From assembly GCA_001643675.2 (NCBI GenBank), contig LSRY02000019.1:310001-374000 (forward strand): 64,000 bases of DNA, in the 5' to 3' direction. The notes below the pieces were generated by a model that was not told where the DNA came from, did not search any database, and worked only from the letters and a program-made list of their open reading frames with translations. The position numbers and the translations under genes were made by a program. The stretch comes from Monocercomonoides exilis PA203 (Eukaryota; Protista; Preaxostyla). Shown here in pieces: positions 26,464-38,193 of this stretch (position 1 is the stretch's first letter; the number at the start of each line of letters is the position of its first letter).

Positions 26464-28614
26464 ATGATTCGTTTTTGTGCTATATTGCTTTTATCTGTTT
26501 ATTCTGCGGGTTTGTTTCGTTTTAAATGGTTGCGCTATATTTTGTTTTTTTTGAAGCTGATGATGCAAAGCCTTCATTGTACACTGGAGACCAACCTCTT
26601 CCAAAAACGTTTGACTTACGCGATAAATATCCAGAATGTACTCCATTAATTAGACCGCTAAATCAAGGTTTGTTGTATTTTTTGCTTTTTCGTTAATTGT
26701 AAGCGTTCATCAGGAAGTTGCGGAAGTTGTTGGGCTTTTTCAACAACAAGCGTTGCTGCAGATAGATTTTGTATAAATGGGTACACAAATCAGCAAATGG
26801 CTGCTGAACATCAAATTCAATGCGACATTAATAACGGTGCGTGCAATGGAGGTTATATCAACAAAGCCTTTGAATTCCAAGTGAATACCGGACTTGTTCC
26901 TCTTTCTTGTAAGTCGTACCGTGACGCCACAACAAGAAGGTGTTCACAACAATGTGATGATCAAAGTACTATTGATGATTCAATGGTCTATAAGATGGAC
27001 AGCTACAAATCCCTTTTTAAAAGAGATGACCATCAAGCAACTTTGAATCAATGGATGGAAGAATTATTTCTCTATGGGAGCTTTGCTGCGTCATACATGG
27101 TAACTGACAAATTCCAAGCATTTTACAATGATCATGAAGCAACTGTTGTTTACACAAGAGAAGATGATGCAGGAGGTCAGAATATCACTTATCACGCAAT
27201 CAAAGTAATTGGATACGGAGATGGCGTTGATAAAAATGGAAGGGGTGTACCATATTGGCTTATACAAAATAGCTGGGGGCACACATGGGCAGATGGCGGG
27301 TATTTTCGGTTGGAAAGAGGAAACATGACATGTGATATAGAAACTGACGGGTATGCTCCTGAAATCCAAGAGTATTACGATGAGTGCTCAAAGCACATAA
27401 CCTGTGATGAGTGCAAGAGCGATCCGTCATGTGGTTATTGTGTTTCATCTGACATGTGTGTGACGATTAACCCTGAAACTGGGAAGCAGAAGAAAGGGAT
27501 GTGTCCAACGATGCTGAGCAAAGATTCCGTATGTCCGCTCGATGATTGCATTCAGTTTTCGAAAGATCCTCAGCGTTGCTTGTCCCACAAAGGGTGTTTC
27601 TTTTGTGCTCAAAACAACAAGTGCAAAAAAGGAGATCGGAAGACTGGGACAATGAACAGTGGAACTTGCGTCGATCCAATCACTTCAAAGGCCCAGCTCA
27701 TAAAAAAATATCCCTGCGTTCAATATAAAGAACAGAATGAGTGCCTTAATGTAAATGGAGATACAAAATACCAAAAGAAGTGCGTGTGGTGCCATCAGCA
27801 TAATTTGTGCTTGGATAACAATGTTTATTCTACAACAAATAAAACACTGATAAGTAGTTGTTCGGAGGATTATTTTACAGTTGATGGAAATTGGACAGCT
27901 CCTCAAAATTTCTCGTGCTCCGATTTCTCTTTTAAAGCTTGTTTGGTAAACGATCCATGCAAATGGGATTACCATTCAAAACAATGTGTAAATGGATCTG
28001 CTCCGAGTGATCCTGAACAACCTCCCGCAAATCGTTTGATGCCCGTGAAATATTCGCGTAGTGCTAATATGACACAAAGGCAAAAAGAAAACGATGATGC
28101 GTCATCGTCCGAACGCAATGAGGAGGTGTGCTTGTCTTTGTCTTGCGATGCATGCACGCCTGAAGTTGGTTGTCTGTGGTGCCACTCCACCCAGTCGTGT
28201 GTTGCAATTTCCAATCCATCAGCTTCCAACTCCAATTCCTTAAGCACATACATGACAAGCTGCACAGTCAGCTCTAGCAATGGCGATCGTATGAACTGGA
28301 GCGGAATGACAACAACGCGGGCTCGATGCGACCCATGCAGCAAACATGCTTCGTGCATTGACTGCGCAAAACAAGCAGAATGCGGCTGGTTTTCGCAGGC
28401 GTCGATGTGCGTAATGGGCAAGTCGAAGTCGTCTATGGATCCGAAAGAATTTGGTGCTCAGTTCGAAAATGATACGTTTATTGCGTATCAAATGAATTGC
28501 CCTGTAGTTCTTGCACAGGCCGAAGGAGCACACTTTGTGAAGGCATGGAGCGTTTCGATCATATCAATTTTGACAGCGTTTATGCTTATCATCCAATTCG
28601 TGAATTATTCTTAA
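26464..28614 (+). CDS. Cathepsin B-like (papain C1A) cysteine protease with Cys-rich PSI-like repeats and a hydrophobic C-terminus (~685 aa); exons 26464-26509, 26557-26667, 26714-28614
   Basis: Signal peptide MIRFCAILLLSVYSA, then LPKTFDLRDKYPEC. Catalytic motifs QGSCGSCWAF, HAIKVIGYG and QNSWG. Repeated C-x5-C-x2-C-x5-C-G-[YWF]-C units follow. The C-terminus is SVSIISILTAFMLIIQFVNYS. Confidence 0.92.
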
Positions 28615-29510
28615 AGAAATTCACTTTTTTTTCAAAGTTAGATTTTTCTTTTCTCACTGCTTGATTAACACTTTTTTGGTGATAGTATTTCTAGCATCGT
28701 TCGTATTTTTTTGAAGATGCATTTTGCTTCAATTTTATTTGAATGTAATGCTTTGTATCGTTTGAAAAAATACTTTTTTTTCTTTGCGCTTCAATAAATG
28801 GATGAAATTTCATTTATCTTAAGCAAGCTATTTTTGATATTATGCTTTACAATTCACTTTGAATTATTATGTTTATTTTTTTCGGCATATCATTTCCCCT
28901 TGAATTTTATTTTTCACTTCAAACTTGTTTTTGTTTGTCATATATTTTCAATGTTTAAGTTCGCTTCAAAGCAACCTTAGAAGCAAATGCTCGTCAAAGT
29001 GTTATTGCAAAATAAAAAGATGTGAAACAAATAATCGGTGTAAAATGTGAATCTTTTGCAAACGAAAAATAATTTTAATTTTGTGGGAGATTGGAAAATG
29101 ACAATATCTCCATTAAAAAATACTTCTTGAGATAAAAAATTTTGAACATTTTGAGCAAAGATGAAAAATGAGAGTGATTCAAATTTCATGTTTTACATTT
29201 TTCATAGTTGTGCAATTTATTGAATCATTGCTTGAAAAATGAATTTACAAAATGTCTTTTGGAAAAATAGTGTTGAATCAACAAGCGTATTGGTGGGCAT
29301 TGAAAGAGAATTGAGCAATTCAGTTCATAAATTCGAATTCAAACCTTTCACTTCTTCACTTCTGTTTTTCTGTAATGACAAATGATAGTAAAATCTCGCT
29401 GAATTGTTTCTAAAAAAGCATCCATATCTTATAGAAGCTGTAGGCACGATTTAGGTAAGTCGTCTTGGATATTTGTACAATATAATTGTTCGTGTTGCTT
29501 TGAATCATGT

Positions 29511-30213
29511 TCATTCAACATGTTCAAGAAGAGGTTCTTCGTCTGATGCTTCTTCAATAGTTATTCTTCTAACGTATCTATCCATATAAAATCTGTCTGT
29601 ATTAATTTTAATTAATTTTTGATTTTGAACACAAGCAAAAATAAGTTCTGGAATTGGCAGAATGCAGAGAATTGCAAGAAATACAGTTTCCCAAGGTTTT
29701 ACATCATAACCGAAAAAATTCGGTATAAGAAAAAGATATTGCAAAATAGACATTGTTACAAAGTTTGAATATCCCCCAACCTAAAAAAAAGTTAATATTC
29801 CGATCTTCAATCAAAAAAATATATAAAAAGTTCAAACATCCTCCTGGAAATTCGCATCTTTGCCACATTTCAATCTGTATGTATCAATAATCAGCCACAA
29901 TGCTGCGAATACAGGTGAAGTAATTTGCCTCCACAGTAGAAACTCTTCAGTGAAAAACTGAAATTTTTTTGAAATCTTTTTAAAAAAACGCATTTTAACC
30001 TCAAAAAATTTGCAGTATAATGTCAGCGAATAAATGATTGTCCAAAAAATGGAAAGCACCTTGTTCCACCAAAGCAAAATATGAAAAAACAGACTTATAG
30101 TTGAATCTGAAGAATTTAAAATGGAATTGTCAAGAAATCACGAATGCATTTGACACGCCTCTCAGAGGTTCTTTGGAATGGAATAATGGATATCTTTTAA
30201 TATGATTTGTCAT
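29511..30213 (-). CDS. TMEM17/TMEM216-family four-TM protein (ciliary transition-zone type); exons 30213-30159, 30106-30000, 29957-29838, 29780-29511
   Basis: Spliced sequence SLFFHILLWWN...IIDTYRLKCGKDANFQEDV...LQYLFL...PWE follows the family pattern SxxLQxxLyfN...ExxRLyLGxxGNLxE. Confidence 0.7.
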
Positions 30214-30474
30214 TATTTTAATAAGTTCAAGCTTACAATTAATTAAAAATTGATCTAAAAAATAACAAAAAATATCGTTTTCAAAATTCAATCTTTTTGC
30301 ATTCATAATTTGAAAAAGATCTCCTCAAAGAGTATCGATTTTATAGGGAAATAAAAATGAAAGTTCATTCTTGATTTAATTCAAAAAAAAAAAAAGCTGT
30401 TTGGCGTTTATGAAAAGAGACTGATACAAATGAAAACAAAAAACCTTTCGTATTTTTCAGAAAATGTTTGACAC

Positions 30475-32181
30475 TTAATTTGCTTTTCTATGATTTTTTG
30501 ATATTATATTCATTTTAACATCATCATCCCAAGACTGTAATTGATTAACGCGATGCATCATATACCGAACATTTTCCGTTGCTTTGAAAGCATTTGTTTG
30601 TTCAGAAGGTTGATTTGAAGCACGTGGAGATGCCATCATTTGTACCGATATCGATGAAGACGAAGAAGAATGCCCTGCTCCAGAGCCAGCAGACGCACTT
30701 GCATTCGGCACGGCACTCAGCATGAAAGAAGGCGACTGTGGTGTTGGCGGGAAAGCAATGAAGGAAGGAACAGACTGGCGCCGTTCTGTCGACTGGATTG
30801 GAGTCATTGCGCCGTCCATCCCCAAATTTGGGGTCTGTGGAGAAGAAGAAGCAGGGGTTGTTGCACGGTTTATGGAAGCGCAAGAAGATGGCCCCAACGA
30901 TGACAGATACAAAGGCGGGATGCCCTTCAGCAAAGCAGTGATTGGCTTTGATGATGGAGAGATGGACAGAGTCTGTTCAGATGAGCTAGATGAAGAGCCG
31001 AAGCTGCCAGTGCTGCTGCTACTGCCAAGAGACGGTGAGGATGCTGAAGGAGTCGCAGTCGAAGAATAAGGAAGAGAGGAGCGTAGAGGAGATGTTTGGG
31101 AGCGAGCAACTTGATAAGAATCGACAGCTTGGGAAAAGCGAAGAGAAGAAGTAGGGGTTGGCAAAGGCGATCCTTGTGGAGAGTAAGATAAAGGAGAGGA
31201 GAAAGAAGATGCAAAACTTCCGAAACGTTCTGGCGAGGGCGAAAGAGAGTGCTCTGAATCGCTTTCTTCAAGGTTCATTTCTGCTCGGCGACTACGACGC
31301 ATCTTACGCTCAAGTTCTCGTTCTTTCTCGGTAAAGGCATCCACAGGGCGTCCTTTTTCTGTGTCTTTTGACTTTGCTTTTCTCTGTTCTTTTTCTTTAT
31401 CTCTCTTCTTAACGCTTACCAGGAGTCTTGGAATCATCTTTTTCTTTTTCGGTGCTTGTGTCTCTGATTGATCTTCTTTTTCAGGGACTTCATGTTGTTC
31501 AACTTCTTCTTGAACTTTCTTTTCATTTTCATCGAGCTCTTTTAAAATTTCATCTAGAGCTATTGATAGCATCGGTATCTTTTCTCCATTTTCCTCTATT
31601 TCTTTAAATGTCACCTTTTGCTCAAGATCAACAACTTTAGAATCGCCTTTTTTATCATTTGCTTGAGGTCTATAAGAAAGAGCGCGATAGGGCCCTAGTG
31701 CAGATGATGCCCCACCTCCTATTTGTTGAATCCTTGGATCTGAAGACAAAAATGTTGCATCCTCGCTTCTAATTGGAGTGATGTCAAGGTCGGGATCATA
31801 AGGCCCTGTAGAAAATGGTAGTGTTTGTGGAACACCTTCATTTAAAAATTGCATAATTCCTTTCAATTGCCCAATCGTATCATTCAGTAAAGAGCTCACT
31901 GTGTTATCCATTTCTTTTATTGTGGAAGATAACTTTCGAGATTGTGAAAGAGTCTGTTGTTTAGGTACAGGTTTTTCTATATTGTCAAGTTCTTCAATAA
32001 ATGAAATTGAACGAGCAGTATTTTGATTTGAATATACGGGGGAGAAGTTTGGATAAAAAGAAGGCATTTGTTCCTTCAATAAAGTATATTCATCCGGATG
32101 GACAGAAGGTGTTACTTCCTTAGAAAGCAAATTATCGTATCTATCAACAAGTAAATCAAATTGCTCGTTGGTTGAATCCAT
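30475..32181 (-). CDS. Hypothetical Ser/Pro-rich protein (568 aa)
   Basis: Long single ORF with an ATG start, coding-like composition and a charged central segment. No domain recognised. Confidence 0.75.
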   Translation of the reverse strand: MDSTNEQFDLLVDRYDNLLSKEVTPSVHPDEYTLLKEQMPSFYPNFSPVYSNQNTARSISFIEELDNIEKPVPKQQTLSQSRKLSSTIKEMDNTVSSLLNDTIGQLKGIMQFLNEGVPQTLPFSTGPYDPDLDITPIRSEDATFLSSDPRIQQIGGGASSALGPYRALSYRPQANDKKGDSKVVDLEQKVTFKEIEENGEKIPMLSIALDEILKELDENEKKVQEEVEQHEVPEKEDQSETQAPKKKKMIPRLLVSVKKRDKEKEQRKAKSKDTEKGRPVDAFTEKERELERKMRRSRRAEMNLEESDSEHSLSPSPERFGSFASSFSSPLSYSPQGSPLPTPTSSLRFSQAVDSYQVARSQTSPLRSSLPYSSTATPSASSPSLGSSSSTGSFGSSSSSSEQTLSISPSSKPITALLKGIPPLYLSSLGPSSCASINRATTPASSSPQTPNLGMDGAMTPIQSTERRQSVPSFIAFPPTPQSPSFMLSAVPNASASAGSGAGHSSSSSSISVQMMASPRASNQPSEQTNAFKATENVRYMMHRVNQLQSWDDDVKMNIISKNHRKAN

Positions 32182-32890
32182 TTCAAATACTTATAGATCT
32201 AACCATAAAAGATATCATTCTTCTGAGGAAAAAACGAAAGATATTCAAACATTGTTGTTGTTTTTAATCAGACATATTTTTCTTTTCGAACAAGCAAATG
32301 TTTATGGATTTTAGTCAAAATTGCACTGTTCTTTTTAAAATATTAAAAAACAAAAAATATGAAATATCAAATACAAAATTCTTCTTTAATCATTAGTAGC
32401 TGACAAATAAATCAATAAATAAGAAAGCATAAATGAAAATAAAATCTGTAAATAACACTCAAATAGATAAAAACACCTTCTTAACAAATAACATTAATGT
32501 GAATTACCACTTTAAAACTAAAGTTTCCTAAAATACATTTGTTTCATCAAAAAAATAATATTTTAAATTGAGTTAAAATACAAAAAAATTGATTGAGATT
32601 AAAAACATTCTACAATTAAAGAACATACAAATTTAACAGAAAAAAATGCAAAATATCAATGTGAACGAAACACACAAACATAAAAAATAAAAACACAAAA
32701 ATTAACTGAAAATAAAAATCAACTTTATCCAATTGCAAAGTTCAACATTGCTCAAAGTCAATGTCCATCACTTGCAATAATTATAATTTATAAGTGAAAT
32801 AAAAAAATCTATTTGTAACCGTTCTTCTTAGACAATTCGCTTTTTTAATCTCAATTGTGTCTCTCATTTATCTGCAAATTCTGTGCAACC

Positions 32891-34231
32891 CTACAAAAAA
32901 TAATCAACTGTAATTTTCTTTGGAATTTCTCTCTTTGCTTCGTCTTCTTCCGAAAACAGAACAAAATGCTTTTCTTCATTTGCAAACATCTGAAGTATGG
33001 CAGCCACGTTGCCGCAAACATATGAATAATTCGGTGCAGACCACACAGTCACAAGGCATTGCTCTTCAGGAAATGCGTACTTGTATCCTCCAAAAACAAG
33101 TTGATGAGCTCTACAAATTAACGAGATTTTATTCAAATCGCAAAACTTTTTTGAATATTTTTTTTTTTGAAGCAAATAATGTTTAATATTAAATGAATTA
33201 ATAAAACTGTAAACCTGATGATTAATTAAACATTGCAAGTGTATAATTTGTTTTGCACAAAACATAAAGGAAAATATAATAAATAACAAAAGAATGATGA
33301 CATCTATTTCATACCCTTTTTGTAACTTTGTATCCAAATAAATATCCACAGAAGCGAGGAGATGGCCCCCATGATTCAACACTTGCTTCAGGATCACTCC
33401 ACAATAAATCCGCAAATGGACCCTTAAGTGGGACTTCCAAACGGCGTGGAATTAGACGAATCTGATCGATTGTGCGAACATCAGGAGAAAGTCCTCCATG
33501 AACACAAAGAGTCGTTTCATCAATTAGCTTTTAGTTAAGTGAACAATTAAATTATTTCAATTATTTCCAAAGAAGATATAATATGCCAAACCGCAGCAAG
33601 TGGTAAACAATCAAAAACTTCAACGCTTTTAGTCCATGGTAGAAGATTTCCGTACTGCTTCATGCAATCATCAAAAAACCCATACGAATGAGAAATATTC
33701 CGCGTTTCATGATTTCCCCGAAGAAGTGTAATTCTTTCAGGATATCTTTGTTTCACATATATTTAGACGGAAAAAGAGAGAGAAAAAGAATAAAAGCATG
33801 CCTTGCTTTTAGACATAGCAAAAATGTTAATGTTTCCAAAGAATATCTTCCTCTATCAACATAATCACCCTGAATGGGGGGGAAAAACAACAATAAGCAA
33901 TGATTTTTATTTGATAGTATAAAACAATTGTTAAAAGAAATGAAAACCATAAAAATATATCTTTGTTGAGGAATCGGACCTCCAACTTTGAAAAGTTTAA
34001 AAAGATCGAATAATTGACCGTGAATATCACCACAAATGTTTATTGGTGTTGATAATGAAATGACCGTAGCCTCTTCTAAAAGAATTTCAATAACCTGCAC
34101 AATTAATATCAGTGAATTTCAAAAAAGTTAAAAAAAAAGCACACATAATCGCACAAAGATAAGAAATCTATTTCCTCAAGTGGTTGTCGCTTTTTTGCAG
34201 TTTCAATAAATTTCTCAAGATCAAATGGCAT
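32891..34231 (-). CDS. PPP6C: PPP-family Ser/Thr phosphatase, PP6/SIT4-like catalytic subunit; exons 34231-34145, 34094-33948, 33869-33802, 33745-33592, 33527-33315, 33145-32891
   Basis: Motifs [49 protein letters not shown] and C-terminal YFL. STP..ICGD and [10 protein letters not shown] fit the PP6 subfamily better than PP2A. Confidence 0.9.
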
Positions 34232-34476
34232 TTTTAATTGTTATCAATGAAATAACTTCTATAAAAGATCAATGGATGTATTATGACGTGCATCAAAAAC
34301 AAAAAAAATAAAAAATAAGGTTGATTTATTGTTTTGTTTTTAAAAAATATGCAATGCATTTCTTTCAACTTTTCAATTACGATAGCGTGCAATTCAATGT
34401 ATTTTTGATTGCCAATGAATTGCTTTATAAATATTGTTGAAAAAACACCATCGAAAAAAAATATTTTTTGAAATTT

Positions 34477-35130
34477 GTGTGTCACAAATCCGGGACATGT
34501 TATAAATCCGGGACAATCCTAAATTTTCAGTTTTTATTGGACTTTTCGCTTATTCATTTGTTTCAAATCAAATCAAGAAATCGTTTTAAGTTATAATAAT
34601 TGCTTTTTAATAATTATTATGTTTAATAAAACACTTCATCTTTTTATTTCATTTCAAACACAAAATATGAAGAAAAAGTGTTTTTTCAAACACAATAATT
34701 GGCTGATCCTTTTTGAAACCAAACTTTCGTTCGAGTTTTGATCATAATTTTTATCTCTTTGGGATTTGTGTCAAAATTTGTCTTTGCAATAGCAATATCA
34801 TAAACAATAAGTTTTCCCTATTTCAGCTCATTTTTTTCAAAATCCCAAAGAGATAAAAATTATGATCAAAACTCGAACGAAAGTTTGGTTTCAAAAAGGA
34901 TCAGCCAATTATTGTGTTTGAAAAAACACTTTTTCTTCATATTTTGTGTTTGAAATGAAATAAAAAGATGAAGTGTTTTATTAAACATAATAATTATTAA
35001 AAAGCAATTATTATAACTTAAAACGATTTCTTGATTTGATTTGAAACAAATGAATAAGCGAAAAGTCCAATAAAAACTGAAAATTTAGGATTGTCCCGGA
35101 TTTATAACATGTCCCTGATTTGTGACACAC
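34477..35130. mobile_element. Foldback/MITE-like element: 291-bp inverted arms (34477-34767, 34840-35130) with a 72-bp spacer
   Basis: The arms are reverse complements with one mismatch seen. The terminal GTGTGTCACAAATCCGGGACATGTTATAAATCCGGGACA contains a duplicated AAATCCGGGACA motif. No clean TSD. Confidence 0.85.
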
Positions 35131-35542
35131 TAGTAACAAAAAATGCATTATTCGTTTAAAAAATATGTGTGACAGATAAAAAATTTTTGTCTAGTCCATT
35201 AGCAATTGAGAATTAACTTCAGAATTAGTCTTTTTCCACTATTTTTTATTCGAAATTGGTAAACTTATTTTTCGAAATAATTAAAATTGTATATTATTTT
35301 ATTAAATATTTTTTGTGAAAAATTGATTTTTGGATAAATGTTAGAAAGTGACAAAAATGTAACATTCAGTCGAATTCGAAATATTGATGAGAAATTGTAT
35401 CTCATATATTATTATTTATCGAAAAACATAAAAAAAATTAACATTTTCAGAAAAAAAATCATCATCGTTGAAATCGTATAATTTTCGAATGAATTCAAAT
35501 CACATTGTTAGAGTATGCAATTTTTTATCAAGACTAACGATA

Positions 35543-37192
35543 GGGTGATCCATTTTATTTTGCGCTAAGAATAAAAAAAGTGTCAATTAAAAATGAATTA
35601 TCAAAAAATTATTGATATAACAAAGTTTTGCAATTTGATTGGAATGAACACTGAACAAATTTATTAAAAACTTCAACTTGCTAACAGTTTGAAGCTTCCA
35701 GATTTCCGAACAATCTGTTCATGGAACGCAAAAATTCTTCGACGAAAAGATATCGACAAAAGGCATCACAACTGTGGAAGACCATGAAACGACGATTTAA
35801 TTATAATGATTCAACACGCTGCTGAAGACAACCAATATATAAGCTGCAAAGTGTTGGCGGAGTAATCACACATGGGGAAAACAACAGTTTTAAGAATTTT
35901 TCATGAAAAACTTCATTATCAATCTAGCAAAATCAGATGCGTTCCATATCCGCTAAGTGAAGATCAAAAAAAAATGTGTGTGCAAATTGGCTTTCAGTTT
36001 AAGTCTAAGCCGGATATAATCACATAGAATATAATCAACATCGGTTATAGTCACATTTTTTCTATGCGCCGACATTTTTTGTTTGTTTTTCATTCATTTT
36101 CCATCGCATATAATCACAGGGCTGAAAATATGTAATCACATTTTTTCATGTTATGGGTGATTTTTTCAATGAAAAATCGATTTTTTGATCAAAATTTACC
36201 ATTTTTCGCTTTTTCAAATATATGCTCAAATAAGTTAAAATAACACAATAAAATCCAAAAAATTATATTTTCTATTGAAAAATACGTTTTCATGTAGAAT
36301 TTTCAAAAACAAAAAATTTGACCCAAAATTAATTATTTCAAAAATTAATTTAAATATTTTCTGTGTTAAGCAGCATCGGATATTATCACAATCGGATATA
36401 GTCACAAAAAGTTGTACAAAAACCGATGTGATTATATCCGGTTTAGACTGTACTTGAAAATTTGGTCAATTTTAAAAAAAGGAATTTCGTAGGATTAATT
36501 ACTGGAGACGAATCGTTTTTCAACAAAAGATATAATTCGGATTGCGAATGGAGAAAAGATAAAACTGAAAAATCAACTATTTCTAATAACACGTTTTTTT
36601 GGATAAAATATACATGTTCAAAATTTTTTTTGGTTGATGAGTTGTTTTTTATAAAAAGAATATTTATTTAAAAAAAAGTCAAAATGGAAGCTGAATATTT
36701 TATTAAAACTGTATTTAAACAGATATGTCAGATCTGTGACGAGAAGTCTTCTGTTTCACCAGTGGATTTTCCCATTCTTTTTGATAACGCTCAACCTCAC
36801 ACCACTTCAGTTCCAAAAGATTTTGAAGAAGAAAATGATTTGAATATTCTTCCACATCAACCATATCCCCCTGATGTCGCTCCGTGTGATTTTTTTCTAT
36901 TCGGATGCATTAAACAGGCTTTGAAAGGAAAAAGTGTTTCTAATTCAGATGAATTGGAAATAGTAATAAGAAAAATTCTTCAATCTATATTTTATGAAAT
37001 GAATATTAGAGTTTTTAATAGTTGAATAACACTATTTCAGTTTATCACAACACTAGATGAAGATTGTTTTTAAAATAGACTTTTATTTTATACATCAATT
37101 TTTGTATCATATTTAATTATTTATTTATTCACTTATTCATTTATTTAATTTAAATTTTTTCTTTTTTTTTAGTAAAATGAAAAGGACCACCC
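35543..37192 (+). mobile_element. Decayed Tc1/mariner (DD34D-type) transposon
   Basis: TA|GGGTGATCCATTTTATTTT ... AAAATGAAAAGGACCACCC|TA. Transposase fragments CVPYPLSEDQK, ITGDESFF, LFDNAQPHT and PHQPYPPDVAPCDFFLFG, broken by stops, frameshifts and a MITE. Confidence 0.88.
36002..36450. mobile_element. MITE family A copy 1 (~450 bp) inserted in the mariner transposase
   Basis: TIRs (C)AGTCTAAGCCGGATATAATCACA / TGTGATTATATCCGGTTTAGACTG|TA. Near-identical to 40746-41197 in the opposite orientation. Confidence 0.88.
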
Positions 37193-37640
37193 TATATTTA
37201 TTCAAATGAAAACGATGAAAATAGACATTTTTCTCGTTTGAAAAAATAAATTAATTAACATTCTTAATTCTTCATTTGTTTAATGTTGTTCTCCTTCACA
37301 AATGTGATTACAGATTCCTTTTCTTGATAAAAAATTGCATACTCTAACAATGTGATTTGAATTCATTCGAAAATTATACGATTTCAACGATGATGATTTT
37401 TTTTCTGAAAATGTTAATTTTTTTTATGTTTTTCGATAAATAATAATATATGAGATACAATTTCTCATCAATATTTCGAATTCGACTGAATGTTACATTT
37501 TTGTCACTTTCTAACATTTATCCAAAAATCAATTTTTCACAAAAAATATTTAATAAAATAATATACAATTTTAATTATTTCGAAAAATAAGTTTACCAAT
37601 TTCGAATAAAAATGGTGAAATAAATTATTATTACAAAATA

Positions 37641-38193
37641 TACCTCTGTGACCTGACAAATAACTTGAAGCCTCGTCTGTCACAAAAAAAAAAGAAAGAA
37701 AGAAAGAAAAAAGAAAAATAAAAAGAAAAATAAAAAGTAATGAAATGAAAAGAATAGAAAAGAATAGAATAGAATAGAATAGAATAATCAAATTTAAATA
37801 AAATAAAATAAAATTTAAACTTATTAAACGATAGCTAAAACTTCTAAAGGTTTTCAAAGCATTTTGGAAAAGATTTGTTGATAGCATCTGTAATATCTTG
37901 TCGTTTTTTCTCTTATGTCAGTGACCGTCAGTGGCTGTCAATGACAAATTGTGACAAAAATATTCCTCAACTGACATTTCGTGTCAAAAAAAATAAATAT
38001 TGGGAACATGATCACATAAAAAAATTTGATTTTTTCAAAATAATAAGAATTATTTCATGAAGATTTTCAAATAAATTATTATAGCAATAAAGAATTATGA
38101 AATCGTTATAAATAACCCTTTTTGACAAGTCCAAAATATCTTGTCAGTCATTTTGTCATTTTTTCAATTTTCTCTTGTCATGTCACAGAGGTG
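37641..38193. mobile_element. MITE family B (553 bp) with many TGACA/TGTCA motifs and an internal AAAG/AATAG microsatellite
   Basis: TA|TACCTCTGTGACCTGACAA ... TTGTCATGTCACAGAGGTG|TA. Confidence 0.78.

Larger units (their letters stand above)
35243..37612. repeat. 291-bp inverted repeat pair (35243-35533 / 37322-37612) enclosing a mariner element
   Basis: The arms read as exact reverse complements. A diverged copy of the same sequence lies at about 47348-47510. Confidence 0.85.

Noticed and set aside
1-34231. Non-standard genetic code (TAA/TAG = Gln, known in some oxymonads)
   Set aside because: Conserved genes end at TAA or TAG exactly where expected (e.g. YFL-TAG), and the 13.6-kb exon has no in-frame TAA/TAG.
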